From assembly GCA_041640715.1 (NCBI GenBank), contig JBEPZU010000001.1, forward strand, positions 10,535 through 74,534: DNA of 64,000 nt, written 5' to 3'. Made by a program: the position numbers and the translations under genes. Source of the stretch: Thermoproteota archaeon. Its GTDB lineage: Archaea; Thermoproteota; Thermoprotei; Gearchaeales; Gearchaeaceae. Below, in pieces: positions 40,879-50,572 of the stretch (positions within the stretch are counted from its first letter, which is position 1; each line of letters begins with the position of its first letter). The notes under the pieces were generated by a model, which saw nothing but the letters and a program-made list of their open reading frames with translations, ran no database searches and had not been told where the DNA came from.

Positions 40879-41982
40879 ATGGCTAAAGTAACTATAAGCT
40901 TAATTAAGGCAGATGTAGGTTCTATAGCAGGCCACCATAAAGTTATCTCTGAACAAATAGAGTACGCCAAAAAAATGTTATCGAAAGCTAAGGAAGACGG
41001 TCTTTTAATAGATTTCTACGTATTCAATGCGGGCGATGATTTGGAATTGTTGATGACGCACAGAAAGGGGGTTGATAACCAAGAAATACACGGTTTAGCT
41101 TGGAATGTCTTCAAAGAAGTTACTGAACAAGTTTCCAATAAATATAAGCTTTATGCTGCTGGTCAGGATTTACTTACCGAGGCGTTTTCTGGAAATGTGA
41201 GAGGACTAGGACCAGGAGTTGCTGAGATGGAAATAGAGGAAAGACCTAGCGAACCTATAATAGTTTTTGCAGCAGATAAAACAGAGCCGGGTGCATGGAA
41301 CTTGCCTTTATATAGAGTGTTTGCTGATCCTTTCTGCACTCCTGGATTGGTAATCGATCCTTCTATGCATGAAGGTTTCATCTTCGAGGTAATGGATCTG
41401 TTGCATGGTAAAGTAATATCATTGAATACTCCTGAACAATCTTATGATTTGTTAGGCCTAATAGGTACTCCAGGAAGGTTTGTTATATATAGAGTCAAGA
41501 GGAAAGATGGTCTATTAGCAGCAGTGGCTAGTACTAGTAGACTTTCCTTGATAGCAGGAAGATATGTAGGGAAGGATGATCCTGTCTGTATTGTAAGGGC
41601 TCAGAGAGGTCTTCCTGCTGTAGGAGAATATCTTGAAGCTTTCTCTTATCCATATCTTGTGGCCGGATGGATGAGGGGTAGCCATGTAGGTCCTCTAATG
41701 CCTGTATCATTAAAGGATTCAAGGGTTAGTAGGTTTGATGGTCCTCCTAGAGTAGTAGCATTGGGCTTTCAATTGTATGAGGGGAATCTTCTAGGTCCCG
41801 CTGATTTATTCGAGGATGTTGCCTTTGATGCGGTAAGGCAAAAAGCTTCAGAAATAGCAGAATACATAAGGAGACACGGGCCTTTCATGCCTCATAGATT
41901 GGGTCCTGAGGAGATGGAATATACTACTTTACCTCAAATATTGAAGAAACTTGAGAAACTCTTCGTCGAACCGCACGCGTGA
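40879..41982 (+). CDS. fbp: Bifunctional fructose-1,6-bisphosphate aldolase/phosphatase
   Basis: IKADVGS, GDD, AGQDLL, YVGKDDP, GWMRGSH. Confidence 0.98.
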   Translation: MAKVTISLIKADVGSIAGHHKVISEQIEYAKKMLSKAKEDGLLIDFYVFNAGDDLELLMTHRKGVDNQEIHGLAWNVFKEVTEQVSNKYKLYAAGQDLLTEAFSGNVRGLGPGVAEMEIEERPSEPIIVFAADKTEPGAWNLPLYRVFADPFCTPGLVIDPSMHEGFIFEVMDLLHGKVISLNTPEQSYDLLGLIGTPGRFVIYRVKRKDGLLAAVASTSRLSLIAGRYVGKDDPVCIVRAQRGLPAVGEYLEAFSYPYLVAGWMRGSHVGPLMPVSLKDSRVSRFDGPPRVVALGFQLYEGNLLGPADLFEDVAFDAVRQKASEIAEYIRRHGPFMPHRLGPEEMEYTTLPQILKKLEKLFVEPHA

Positions 41983-42671
41983 GTTCTAATGTTATAAGAT
42001 TTCCTCTTTTTCTAATCAATTTCAAAAGTTATGAAGAAGTATTAGGGGATTCTTCAATAAGATTAGCTGCTATTGCAAAGAAAATAGCCGAAGATGAAGA
42101 TATTGAAATAGCGGTTGCTCCCTTACCCACAGAAATTAGAGAAACTTCGAAATTCATCAAGACTTTCGCTCAATCAGCTGACCCTATAAATCCGGGTAGC
42201 TATACGGGTCATATTCCTCTTGAAGCTATAAAACTTGCAGGAGCTGTAGGTGTGATAATAAATCATTCTGAAAAAAGGCTTAATTTAGAGGGTATCAAGT
42301 TTCTCGTGGAGAAATGCAGAAAGCTCTCTTTGTTTTCTTTGGTTTGCGGCGTAAGTGCAAGAGAGTGTTATGAGTTAGCTAAGTTTAACCCTGATGCTAT
42401 AGCTATAGAACCTCCTGAACTTATAGGAACAGGGAGATCTGTTTCTAAGTACAAACCAGAAAGCGTTTCTCAAACGGTAAAATTGGTCAAATCCCTTAAT
42501 AGTTCAATACGTGTTTTATGTGGCGCAGGAATAACTAACGGAGAAGATGTTATCGAAGCTCTTAAGCTAGGCGCCGAAGGCATTCTCGTTTCTTCAAGCA
42601 TTGTCAAGGCAAAGAATCCTGAAGATAAAATTAAGGAGATGGCTTTGGTTCTTAAGAAATTTTTTCAGTGA
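41979..42671 (+). CDS. tpiA: Triosephosphate isomerase (archaeal)
   Basis: INFKSY, NHSE, IEPPELIG, LCGAGI. Confidence 0.97.
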   Translation: MSSNVIRFPLFLINFKSYEEVLGDSSIRLAAIAKKIAEDEDIEIAVAPLPTEIRETSKFIKTFAQSADPINPGSYTGHIPLEAIKLAGAVGVIINHSEKRLNLEGIKFLVEKCRKLSLFSLVCGVSARECYELAKFNPDAIAIEPPELIGTGRSVSKYKPESVSQTVKLVKSLNSSIRVLCGAGITNGEDVIEALKLGAEGILVSSSIVKAKNPEDKIKEMALVLKKFFQ

Positions 42672-43372
42672 CCCTATTCAAGATAGGAACTAGCGGTTAT
42701 AATTATTTTTGGAATGAAGGTAAACCTAGTCAGTTTAAATGGTATTTGAAACAAAATTTCAATACAGTAGAGATAAATGCAACTTTTTATTCATTTCCTT
42801 ATAAGAGCTGGATTAAGAGTTGGTCTGAGGCTCCAGATTACTTTGATTTTTCAATAAAAGTCAATAGGATAATAACTCACTATGCTAAACTTAGCGAGAA
42901 ATCAATTGAAATTTTTAAAAGATTTAAGTCGTATTTCAAGCCTATCGAGCATAAAATAGCTTTTTGGCTTTTCCAAATGTCCCCTTCCTTTGAATTCAAT
43001 AATACTAGTTTATCTAAGATAAGGAATTTCTTTTCTTCATTAGAAACAAAAGCAGTTATAGAATTCAGAGAGCCGAGTTGGTGGCGCGAAGAAGTTTTTG
43101 AAATGCTTCAAGAAATAGGTCTCGTATTTTGTTCAATAGACTCTCCTGATCTTCCTAGAGATATAATAAAGAGCAATGAGATTGTTTATCTTAGACTCCA
43201 TGGAAGGGAAGAATGGTATAGTTATGAATACAAAAAAGAAGAACTCGATGAGATTCTTTCTAGAATAGTTGAACTATCTCCTAAAGTTTGTCGTATTTAT
43301 TTAAATAACGATCATGGGATGTTGCCTAATGGTAAATACTTACTAGAAAAAACGATGAAAATTCAAGGTTAG
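42668..43372 (+). CDS. DUF72 family protein
   Basis: IGTSGY, TVEINATFY, EFREPSW, YLRLHGR, YLNND. Confidence 0.92.
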   Translation: MTLFKIGTSGYNYFWNEGKPSQFKWYLKQNFNTVEINATFYSFPYKSWIKSWSEAPDYFDFSIKVNRIITHYAKLSEKSIEIFKRFKSYFKPIEHKIAFWLFQMSPSFEFNNTSLSKIRNFFSSLETKAVIEFREPSWWREEVFEMLQEIGLVFCSIDSPDLPRDIIKSNEIVYLRLHGREEWYSYEYKKEELDEILSRIVELSPKVCRIYLNNDHGMLPNGKYLLEKTMKIQG

Positions 43373-44100
43373 CTGTAGAAAAGCATGCTAGGTTGCATTT
43401 CAATAGGCTTAGCTTTTTTTCTGATTTCTTTTATCTGAGTTTCTAAATTTTCTAGTTCTCTAACCAAAGGTTCTACTTCAGTAGCTATGTTTGGGAACAA
43501 TCTATTTATTGTATTCAAGACATTGCTTATTATTTTGAAGCTTGGTTGTTGAGGATCGATCTCAATTAGCAAACAATAGGTATCTATATTGAGCCATCTG
43601 CATTCATCCAATATCACAGCAGGCAATCCTATCAACATACCGTACTCGAATTGTTGTATTCCTTTCTCCTTCAAAAGAGCTCTTGCTTCATCTGTACTTC
43701 CGATACCATATATTTCGAGATTTTCTTTGCTAGCCTCTACAAATACTTCATCTACCATCACTATGCTATGTATATCGTTTTTTTCAGCCCATTCACATAA
43801 GACTTTGCCGATGATTCGAGAGAGTAGGGGATGAGGTGCAAATTCTGCTGTTACCACTGCAAACTTAAGTTTTTCATCCGCATGAATTCTAGCAGGAAAT
43901 TTGGGTTTACCTTTGTAAATGAAAGTCACTGGAGGGAACAACTCTGAATAGATATAAGCCATCGAATCTAAATTGAATTTACTTATATAATAGTTCGCCA
44001 GAATCAAGTTCATGAAGCCTCCTGAGGGTATTCCTATAAACAAAATTCCTTCCTTTAAATTTATTTTTTTGTATTCTCTTATCTCTATTTTACCATTCAT
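43369..44100 (-). CDS. PAC2-family proteasome assembly chaperone
   Basis: GIPSGG, SELFPP, PARI, G..IGLPAVIL pattern; C-terminal FYS resembles an HbYX tail. Confidence 0.82.
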   Translation of the reverse strand: MNGKIEIREYKKINLKEGILFIGIPSGGFMNLILANYYISKFNLDSMAYIYSELFPPVTFIYKGKPKFPARIHADEKLKFAVVTAEFAPHPLLSRIIGKVLCEWAEKNDIHSIVMVDEVFVEASKENLEIYGIGSTDEARALLKEKGIQQFEYGMLIGLPAVILDECRWLNIDTYCLLIEIDPQQPSFKIISNVLNTINRLFPNIATEVEPLVRELENLETQIKEIRKKAKPIEMQPSMLFYS

Positions 44101-44147
44101 ATAAAAATAATAACAGCTGTTTTTATTTATTTTATTTGTATATTAAT

Positions 44148-44221
44148 GGGCCAGTCGTCTAGCGGATTATGACGTAGGCCTGCGGAGCCTAAGGTCGTGG
44201 GTTCAAATCCCACCTGGCCCA
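44148..44221 (+). tRNA. tRNA-Arg(GCG)
   Basis: GGGCCAG/CTGGCCC acceptor, TAGGC-CTGCGGA-GCCTA, GTGGG-TTCAAAT-CCCAC. Confidence 0.97.
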
Positions 44222-44256
44222 TTAAATTTTTAATTATTGTTAGATGATAATTATCA

Positions 44257-44712
44257 ATGAAAATAGTTAAAGTAGAAAAAAGTGCTTGGGAATCGTTTTT
44301 AGAGTTATTGAGCGATTTGGAGAATGAGAAATTGACCTACATGAACAGATTTCCAGAGCCTGTAGGGGAAGTTAGGTATAGAGATCTTCTTAAGAAATCC
44401 TTTATAGAGACGGGCAGATGCTTAGCCATAATATGGCTTTACTTTAATTCAGAGTTGAAAAAGACCTATTCTTTTCTGATAATGGCTGATCTTAAAGAAG
44501 GAGAACTTAAAGATATAACAAGCCTTCCAGGAAAGGTCAGCTCCATCGTTGTAGAGGAGTTCAAGGACGAAAAAATAATAAAAATATATAATGAATCTAG
44601 CTTTGCTAATGGTGATGAGATAATAAAGTATCTAGAAATTGTCGGCGACAAATATAGAAATAGAGAACTTTATGTTACTTTGAAAAACATCTTAAAAGAA
44701 GAGTTCGTTTGA
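44257..44712 (+). CDS. Hypothetical protein
   Basis: 151-aa ORF coupled to the downstream HAD gene; no recognised motif. Confidence 0.7.
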   Translation: MKIVKVEKSAWESFLELLSDLENEKLTYMNRFPEPVGEVRYRDLLKKSFIETGRCLAIIWLYFNSELKKTYSFLIMADLKEGELKDITSLPGKVSSIVVEEFKDEKIIKIYNESSFANGDEIIKYLEIVGDKYRNRELYVTLKNILKEEFV

Positions 44713-45362
44713 TGAAAATAAGGGCATTGGCAACAGATATAGATGGTACAATAACTAAAATACCTAGCGCATGGAGATACGTTCATGAAAAACTAAATTT
44801 ATTAGATAAAGCGAGATATCATGCTGAACTTTACTACAAGGGATATATCTCTTATAAGAAGTGGGCAGAATTAGATGTGGCTCTATGGAAGGGAATAAGC
44901 AAGGATACCTTCTATAATATCTTTAATGAAGTAGAAATAAGAGAGGGATGTGTTGAGTTCTTTTCTTACTTGAAAGATATTGGAGTAAAAATAATAGCTA
45001 TTAGCGGAGGCTTGTTGCCATTACTAGAGATTTTATTAAAGAAGCTTCATTTCGACCGTTTCGTAGCTAATGAGATAATTTTTAACGAAGGGAAAGTCGT
45101 AGGAGATGTAAAGATAAGAATAACACCTCGAAATAAAGGTATTGTATTAATAAAAATCCTAAAGGAGTTGGGGATTAAGAAGGAGGAATGTCTGGGGATA
45201 GGCGATAGCGATTTAGATATACCTATGCTAAAAGTATGTGGGTATAAAATGGTTTTCAATCCTCAAAACATTAAACTCTTGGAAATAGCTGATGAAGTAA
45301 TATTTTCAGAAACCTTTTATGAAGTCTTTAAAAGAGTCAAGTCTCTTCTTACTTCTTCTTAA
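44709..45362 (+). CDS. HAD-IB hydrolase (phosphoserine phosphatase-like)
   Basis: DIDGT, ISGG, K, GDSDLD motifs. Confidence 0.9.
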   Translation: MMKIRALATDIDGTITKIPSAWRYVHEKLNLLDKARYHAELYYKGYISYKKWAELDVALWKGISKDTFYNIFNEVEIREGCVEFFSYLKDIGVKIIAISGGLLPLLEILLKKLHFDRFVANEIIFNEGKVVGDVKIRITPRNKGIVLIKILKELGIKKEECLGIGDSDLDIPMLKVCGYKMVFNPQNIKLLEIADEVIFSETFYEVFKRVKSLLTSS

Positions 45363-45855
45363 TAATTCTCGCTCTAGTCTTGACAGATAATTTAGAAGCT
45401 GCCCTTTTAAGTGCTATTTTAGCTATTTCTAAGGCTTCCTCCCCACATTCTAAATACATTATCCTATCTCCTTTCTTTACAATCGCCGCAGTACCGATAG
45501 GTTTTCCGAAAGATAATCTCATTCCTTCTTGTAGTCTATCGGCCCCTGCCATAGCCAACATTTTGTTTTCTCTGATTACGTGGAAGGGATATTTCAATAC
45601 TTTTAAATGATAATTATCTGCGCCTACTTTCTCTTCTATGGTTTTCGTGGCTATTATTCTTGAGGCATCTAGAGCATTATGTCTTATTAGTCCGTCTTCT
45701 AAAGCATAAAGCTCAAGTCTTAAAGGGAATTCTTTTTTAACATTTCCATAATCGAATTTGGTTATTTTTGGAGGTGGAAATCCTGCTATATACTCTTTTC
45801 TGGTATAAGGCATCGTATCTAGCTTACTGTAGCATCTACCCGGTCTCAAAGGCAT
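45349..45855 (-). CDS. rpl10e: 50S ribosomal protein L16/L10e
   Basis: [34 protein letters not shown]. Confidence 0.99.
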   Translation of the reverse strand: MPLRPGRCYSKLDTMPYTRKEYIAGFPPPKITKFDYGNVKKEFPLRLELYALEDGLIRHNALDASRIIATKTIEEKVGADNYHLKVLKYPFHVIRENKMLAMAGADRLQEGMRLSFGKPIGTAAIVKKGDRIMYLECGEEALEIAKIALKRAASKLSVKTRARIIKKK

Positions 45856-45900
45856 ACCTTTTTATTAGATATTGTGACATATAAATTCATTGGGATATTC

Positions 45901-46590
45901 ATGAGGATTGTTTTAGTCGAACCTTCTTATGAAATCAACATAGGCTTTGTAGCTAGGGCGATGAAAAATTTTGGCTTTAAAGAACTATATATCGTAAAAC
46001 CAGAGAGTTTTGGAGATACTTCTATTAAATTCTCAGCCCATGCAGAAGATATTCTCAGGTCTGCAGTAATTTGTGATGATCTAGAAACTGCCATCAAGGA
46101 TGTTGACTTAGTAATAGGTACCACATCGAACATAGGAAGCGATAAGAATCTCAGGAGAATAGCTTTGCCTGTATACGAGATCAAACCTATAGTTAAGGGT
46201 AAGGTGGCAGTGCTTTTCGGTAATGAGAGGGTTGGTTTAAAGAACGATCAAATAGATCGATGCGATATCTTAGTTTATATCCCTACTTCTGATGACTATC
46301 CTTCACTTAATCTTTCTCACGCGGTTGCGATATTTTTGTATGAGATGAGAAGATATGAGAAATTGAGGACTATAAAATACGAGATCGCAGACAAAAACGA
46401 TAAAGAAATGATAATGAAATTCGTAGAGAGCTTTCTTAAGAAAAGCGGTCTAAGAGGTATTAAACTTGAACAAAGTTTGCTGGTTTTCAAGAGACTATTA
46501 GATAGATCATATTTGTCTAAACGTGAGGCCAAAACTTTGATAGGAGTTTTCTCAAGGATGAATAAAGTAGTGGAAACATGGTCAATTTAA
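45901..46590 (+). CDS. trmJ: tRNA 2'-O-methyltransferase TrmJ family (SPOUT)
   Basis: NIGFVARAMKNFG, FGNERVGL, YPSLNLSHAV. Confidence 0.92.
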   Translation: MRIVLVEPSYEINIGFVARAMKNFGFKELYIVKPESFGDTSIKFSAHAEDILRSAVICDDLETAIKDVDLVIGTTSNIGSDKNLRRIALPVYEIKPIVKGKVAVLFGNERVGLKNDQIDRCDILVYIPTSDDYPSLNLSHAVAIFLYEMRRYEKLRTIKYEIADKNDKEMIMKFVESFLKKSGLRGIKLEQSLLVFKRLLDRSYLSKREAKTLIGVFSRMNKVVETWSI

Positions 46591-47192
46591 AAAAGCAAAT
46601 AGCTATTTTATTGAGGGATGTAGAGAGAAAGGAAAATCCTAGGGCTGATCTAGAGCAGTACGAGTTAAATTCAGAAATTGCTTCTCAATTTGTTCATAAT
46701 TTAATATTAAATTATTCTGGCAATGAAATCTTAGATGCCGGTTGCGGTTCAGGTATTTTGACTTTGACCGCTTGTTTAGCGGGAATTGAGCGTGTAGTAG
46801 CCTTGGATATAGATAGAGAAGCGATTAGGAAATTAAAAGTAAATTCAGCTAAGATAGGCTGTAGCTGGAAGATCGATAGCATTGTCGCTGATTTCAAGAA
46901 TTTTTCTTTTAGCAGAAAAATTGGTGCCATTATGATGAATCCTCCCTTCGGTACAAAAAAGAGACATGCTGATAGAGATTTCTTAATAAAGGCCTTCGAG
47001 CTAAGCAATAAGGTTTTCTCCCTTCATAAGAAGGGGAACGATGATTTCTTCAGGAAATTAGCCTTGAATTTTGGTTTTAAAATGAAGATTTTGGATCGTT
47101 ACAAATTAATTCTAAAACCAACGATGCCTTTTCACAGGAAACTTAAGCATTATGTGGAAGCAATTCAATATTATTTCGAGAAAAATGAGTAA
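46578..47192 (+). CDS. METTL5-family N6-adenine methyltransferase
   Basis: LEQY, DAGCGSG, NPPFG, HADRDFL. Confidence 0.92.
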   Translation: MVNLKKQIAILLRDVERKENPRADLEQYELNSEIASQFVHNLILNYSGNEILDAGCGSGILTLTACLAGIERVVALDIDREAIRKLKVNSAKIGCSWKIDSIVADFKNFSFSRKIGAIMMNPPFGTKKRHADRDFLIKAFELSNKVFSLHKKGNDDFFRKLALNFGFKMKILDRYKLILKPTMPFHRKLKHYVEAIQYYFEKNE

Positions 47193-47736
47193 GGATATTT
47201 ATCTTCCTGGGGATTTCATAACCGTAATAGAAGAATTCTTTCCAGGAGAAGGCATTTTTGAAGAAAAAGGAAAGCTGTATGCAAGCGCTGCAGGAATATT
47301 AAAAAGTGATCTTAAAGAGAGAAAACTTGATCTTGTATTTCTCAAGAAACCTAAATCCTTTTTGAAGAAAGGAGATGTCGTCATTGCAGAAGTTATAGAT
47401 ATAGGAAGGAATTTGGTAGAGCTTCTTATACGGTATAACGAGACTCAACAGGTAGAAGTAAATCTTAAGGGTTACTTGATTTTGACGAAAAGGGAAGATG
47501 AAGTAGCTTATGAATTCATAAAACCTTCTGATTTCATAAGAGCAAAGGTATTGAATATTGAAGGACATGTACTATTAAGCATCAAAGGAAAGGATTTCGG
47601 CATTATTTATGCAGAATGCCCCAATTGTGCTAACGCAATGGTCTATAACGAGAGCGATAAGAGTTTTCTTAAATGCAATAATTGCGGTCATGTAGTTAAG
47701 ACGAAAGTCAGCTCGCATTATTTAATAAAATCCTAG
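47185..47736 (+). CDS. csl4: Exosome RNA-binding subunit Csl4
   Basis: LPGD...EEFFPGEG, S1 domain, C-terminal CPNC...CNNCG zinc ribbon. Confidence 0.92.
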   Translation: MSKDIYLPGDFITVIEEFFPGEGIFEEKGKLYASAAGILKSDLKERKLDLVFLKKPKSFLKKGDVVIAEVIDIGRNLVELLIRYNETQQVEVNLKGYLILTKREDEVAYEFIKPSDFIRAKVLNIEGHVLLSIKGKDFGIIYAECPNCANAMVYNESDKSFLKCNNCGHVVKTKVSSHYLIKS

Positions 47737-47788
47737 ATTTATTTGAAAATTCAGACAAAATTATTAATTATAGCTCAGTAGAATAGTT

Positions 47789-48091
47789 ATGGTGGAATTC
47801 TTCATAAAAGAAAGATCAAAAAATTCAATAACACTAGTGTTCAGAGGGGTTGATATAGGTTTTTTGAATTTACTGAGTTATGAGCTTCTCCAAGATCCAC
47901 GTGTTCTCAACTCTTACGCAAGAAAACCGCACCTTTTGCTTGAAGATATCGAATTTTATGTCCTAGTTAGAGATGGTACAGACATAAAAGAATTGCTAAT
48001 AGAAAAGATAGGTGCTATAAAAGAGAGTTTTTTGACGTTCAAAAAGAAGTTTGAAGAAAAGCTCGGTGAAATTCATAAAGATAGAAGCTAG
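47789..48091 (+). CDS. rpoL: RNA polymerase subunit L (Rpo11), divergent
   Basis: GVDIGFLNLL...EL.QDPRV...YARKPHLL; follows csl4. Confidence 0.85.
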   Translation: MVEFFIKERSKNSITLVFRGVDIGFLNLLSYELLQDPRVLNSYARKPHLLLEDIEFYVLVRDGTDIKELLIEKIGAIKESFLTFKKKFEEKLGEIHKDRS

Positions 48092-48455
48092 GATAGTTTT
48101 TATTTCGTTAAATAAATATAGAGAAAATATCGTCTCTACCATGTTCGTATATAGAGCTGGTTACATCGAAGATTTGGAATTTAGTAAGCTTGCCAACCCA
48201 GGTGAAATATTAGAATTGATTAGGAAATCTAAGCATTGGTCTCAGATAAGATATGTGGTGATATATTCTGAAGCAGTATCTTTAGAAGAGGAAAATTTAA
48301 AGAACTTCCCTAAACCTTTAATCCTTATTAATAGTGGATTGAAGCTCCATAATATACCAGAAGAAGATTTCAAAATTCTTAAAGAAAGAGGTTTCATAGA
48401 TGATGGTTTATATATAACCAAGACGATCTCTAAACTAATCAAGGTGTTAGGATGA
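48051..48455 (+). CDS. Degenerate DUF99 (endonuclease dU/V-like) protein
   Basis: IKIEARIV, SKHWSQIRYVVI, KPLILI resemble DUF99; position between rpoL and tfs. Confidence 0.55.
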   Translation: MKKSSVKFIKIEARIVFISLNKYRENIVSTMFVYRAGYIEDLEFSKLANPGEILELIRKSKHWSQIRYVVIYSEAVSLEEENLKNFPKPLILINSGLKLHNIPEEDFKILKERGFIDDGLYITKTISKLIKVLG

Positions 48456-48784
48456 TAAAGTTCTGTCCTAAATGCGGTAATTTATTGAGACCTGGTAGGG
48501 GAGAAAAGAATAGGTTGATATGTAGATTTTGTGGTTACTCGGAACTCATGAATGAAGAAATGAGTTTAGAAGTTAAATTATCTAAACAAAATAAGTCTCC
48601 TAAAGAAATAATAGTAGATGAAGGACTCAAAGATCATGTTTTGCCTACAGCTGAAGTAATATGTCCTAAATGCGGTAATGAATTAGCGTATTGGTGGTTT
48701 ATGCAAACTAGAAGGGCAGATGAACCCCCCACAACTTTCTATCGCTGTACTAAATGCAACTATACTTGGAGAGATTATAGGTAA
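48452..48784 (+). CDS. tfs: Transcript cleavage factor TFS
   Basis: Two zinc ribbons; QTRRADEPPTTFYRC. Confidence 0.98.
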   Translation: MIKFCPKCGNLLRPGRGEKNRLICRFCGYSELMNEEMSLEVKLSKQNKSPKEIIVDEGLKDHVLPTAEVICPKCGNELAYWWFMQTRRADEPPTTFYRCTKCNYTWRDYR

Positions 48785-48821
48785 GTTTTTATGACTTTTA
48801 TTATTTAATAATTTGAAGCTT

Positions 48822-49568
48822 ATGTTAAGAATAGAATTTGAAGATGCAAAAAACTGGATTGACCTTCTAGATGCGGTAAGGGATATAATAGAAGAAGCAG
48901 TTTTCGTTGCTACTCAAGACGGTTTATCTTTGAGGGCAATGGATAGCGCTAGAGTAGCGATGATAGATCTTAAACTTCCCGTAATTTACTTCCCAGATTT
49001 CAAAGTTGAGGGAGAAAAAGTAAGTTTTGCTATATCTATTGCGGACATGATAAAGGCTTTCAGAGGGATTAAAAAAGGTTATAAACTAACAATGGAGTTA
49101 AGTGAAGAGAATACTCTAAGATTGAACTTATTAGGAAAAGGAAGGCATGTATTTGATTTCCCTCTTTTGGACATCTCTCCAGAATCAATTCCTGCTTTGA
49201 AGCTTAATTTTGAAGTCTTAGTAAAGATAGAGACCGATATCATTGGAAATGCCGTTAAAAATCTGGAAAAATTCAGCGACTATGTAGTTTTCAAAGCTAC
49301 TAAAGATAAGCTAGTACTATCTGGAAGGAGTGAGAAAGGAAAGGCTACATCTGAATTCCTCAAGGATGAATTAATTATGTTAGAGGTCACTAGAGAAAGC
49401 ATTTCAGGTTATTCTACTGAATATTTGTTGAATATACTAGGCAAAAGTGAATTATCCGAAATCACTATTCTTAGATTTGGAAACAGAATGCCGCTTGCAG
49501 TTACTTATCAACTCGCAGGAGAGGGCGAAATCTCCTATTACCTAGCACCTAGAACTGAAGTTGAATGA
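48822..49568 (+). CDS. pcna: DNA polymerase sliding clamp PCNA
   Basis: LRAMDSARVAMIDL, YSTEYL, YYLAPR. Confidence 0.97.
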   Translation: MLRIEFEDAKNWIDLLDAVRDIIEEAVFVATQDGLSLRAMDSARVAMIDLKLPVIYFPDFKVEGEKVSFAISIADMIKAFRGIKKGYKLTMELSEENTLRLNLLGKGRHVFDFPLLDISPESIPALKLNFEVLVKIETDIIGNAVKNLEKFSDYVVFKATKDKLVLSGRSEKGKATSEFLKDELIMLEVTRESISGYSTEYLLNILGKSELSEITILRFGNRMPLAVTYQLAGEGEISYYLAPRTEVE

Positions 49569-50572
49569 ATGTAGACATACAAGAGCTCTCTAAATATCCT
49601 TTTTTAGGAACCCTCAAAGAATTTTTAAGATTATCTGATTTTGACCTAAAAGAAATTCTTTTGAACAAAGAAAACATCTTCTTAAGATTTTCCATAGAGA
49701 AAATTAAGTCTTTGAATACGAACAACTATTTAACATTCCCTGATCCTGAAATTAATCTAAAGAGTTTTTTAGTATCGCTCTACTTAGCTTCTCAGCTAGG
49801 TAGCATTTATGTAGAGAAATTGGCTGAGAGGGAATCAAAAAGACTGAGTTCTGAGTTACAGAAAGAAAATATTCAAAAAATTTTAGAAATAGCTAGGGTA
49901 TTAGTTTCTGATAAAGTAAAATTTAAAGAGGTAAAAAGTAAAAAATCTTTCTCCTATATAGCTGTAGATATTAAAAGTTATTTGAAATATGCAGCTTATT
50001 TAGGAGATTACAATTGGGCATTATCTTTTCATGAAATAAGCAAAGGCGAGGTTCTACTCACAAAAAAGGAAATTATACGATTAGTCGAAGAAGCATATAG
50101 ACAATGGATAATAATGAAGTGCAACGAGCTACAGAGCTTTTACATAGCTGGAATAGAAGGGATAATCGAAGAAATTTATGAAAAAATACCTCCTCCTAAG
50201 AGATTCGTAGAAGAAAAGATTGAATATTCAGGAGTGGATCCTCCTTGTATGCGCAGATTGATTGCTGATCTCAAAAGTGGTAAGAAACTTTCACATATGG
50301 GGAATTTCACTCTTGCTTCTTATCTAAGGGCAATAGGTTATTCTGTAGAAAGAGCTTTAGAACTGTTTAAAAACCTTCCAGATTTCAAAGAAGAAATAGC
50401 TAGATATCAAATAGAACATATATACGGACTTCGAGGAGGAAGAAAAGTCTATTCTGTCCCTAGTTGTATAACGCTTAGAGCAGCTAATCTATGTTTCCCA
50501 GAATCGCCTGGTTGTGATGGAATAAAGCATCCTTTGCAATTCATTAAAAAAATGAAGAATGTTGGAAAATAA
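49565..50572 (+). CDS. priL: DNA primase large subunit
   Basis: KYPFL, PPCM, YQIEHIYG, PSC...LC....C...HPL Fe-S ligands. Confidence 0.95.
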   Translation: MNVDIQELSKYPFLGTLKEFLRLSDFDLKEILLNKENIFLRFSIEKIKSLNTNNYLTFPDPEINLKSFLVSLYLASQLGSIYVEKLAERESKRLSSELQKENIQKILEIARVLVSDKVKFKEVKSKKSFSYIAVDIKSYLKYAAYLGDYNWALSFHEISKGEVLLTKKEIIRLVEEAYRQWIIMKCNELQSFYIAGIEGIIEEIYEKIPPPKRFVEEKIEYSGVDPPCMRRLIADLKSGKKLSHMGNFTLASYLRAIGYSVERALELFKNLPDFKEEIARYQIEHIYGLRGGRKVYSVPSCITLRAANLCFPESPGCDGIKHPLQFIKKMKNVGK

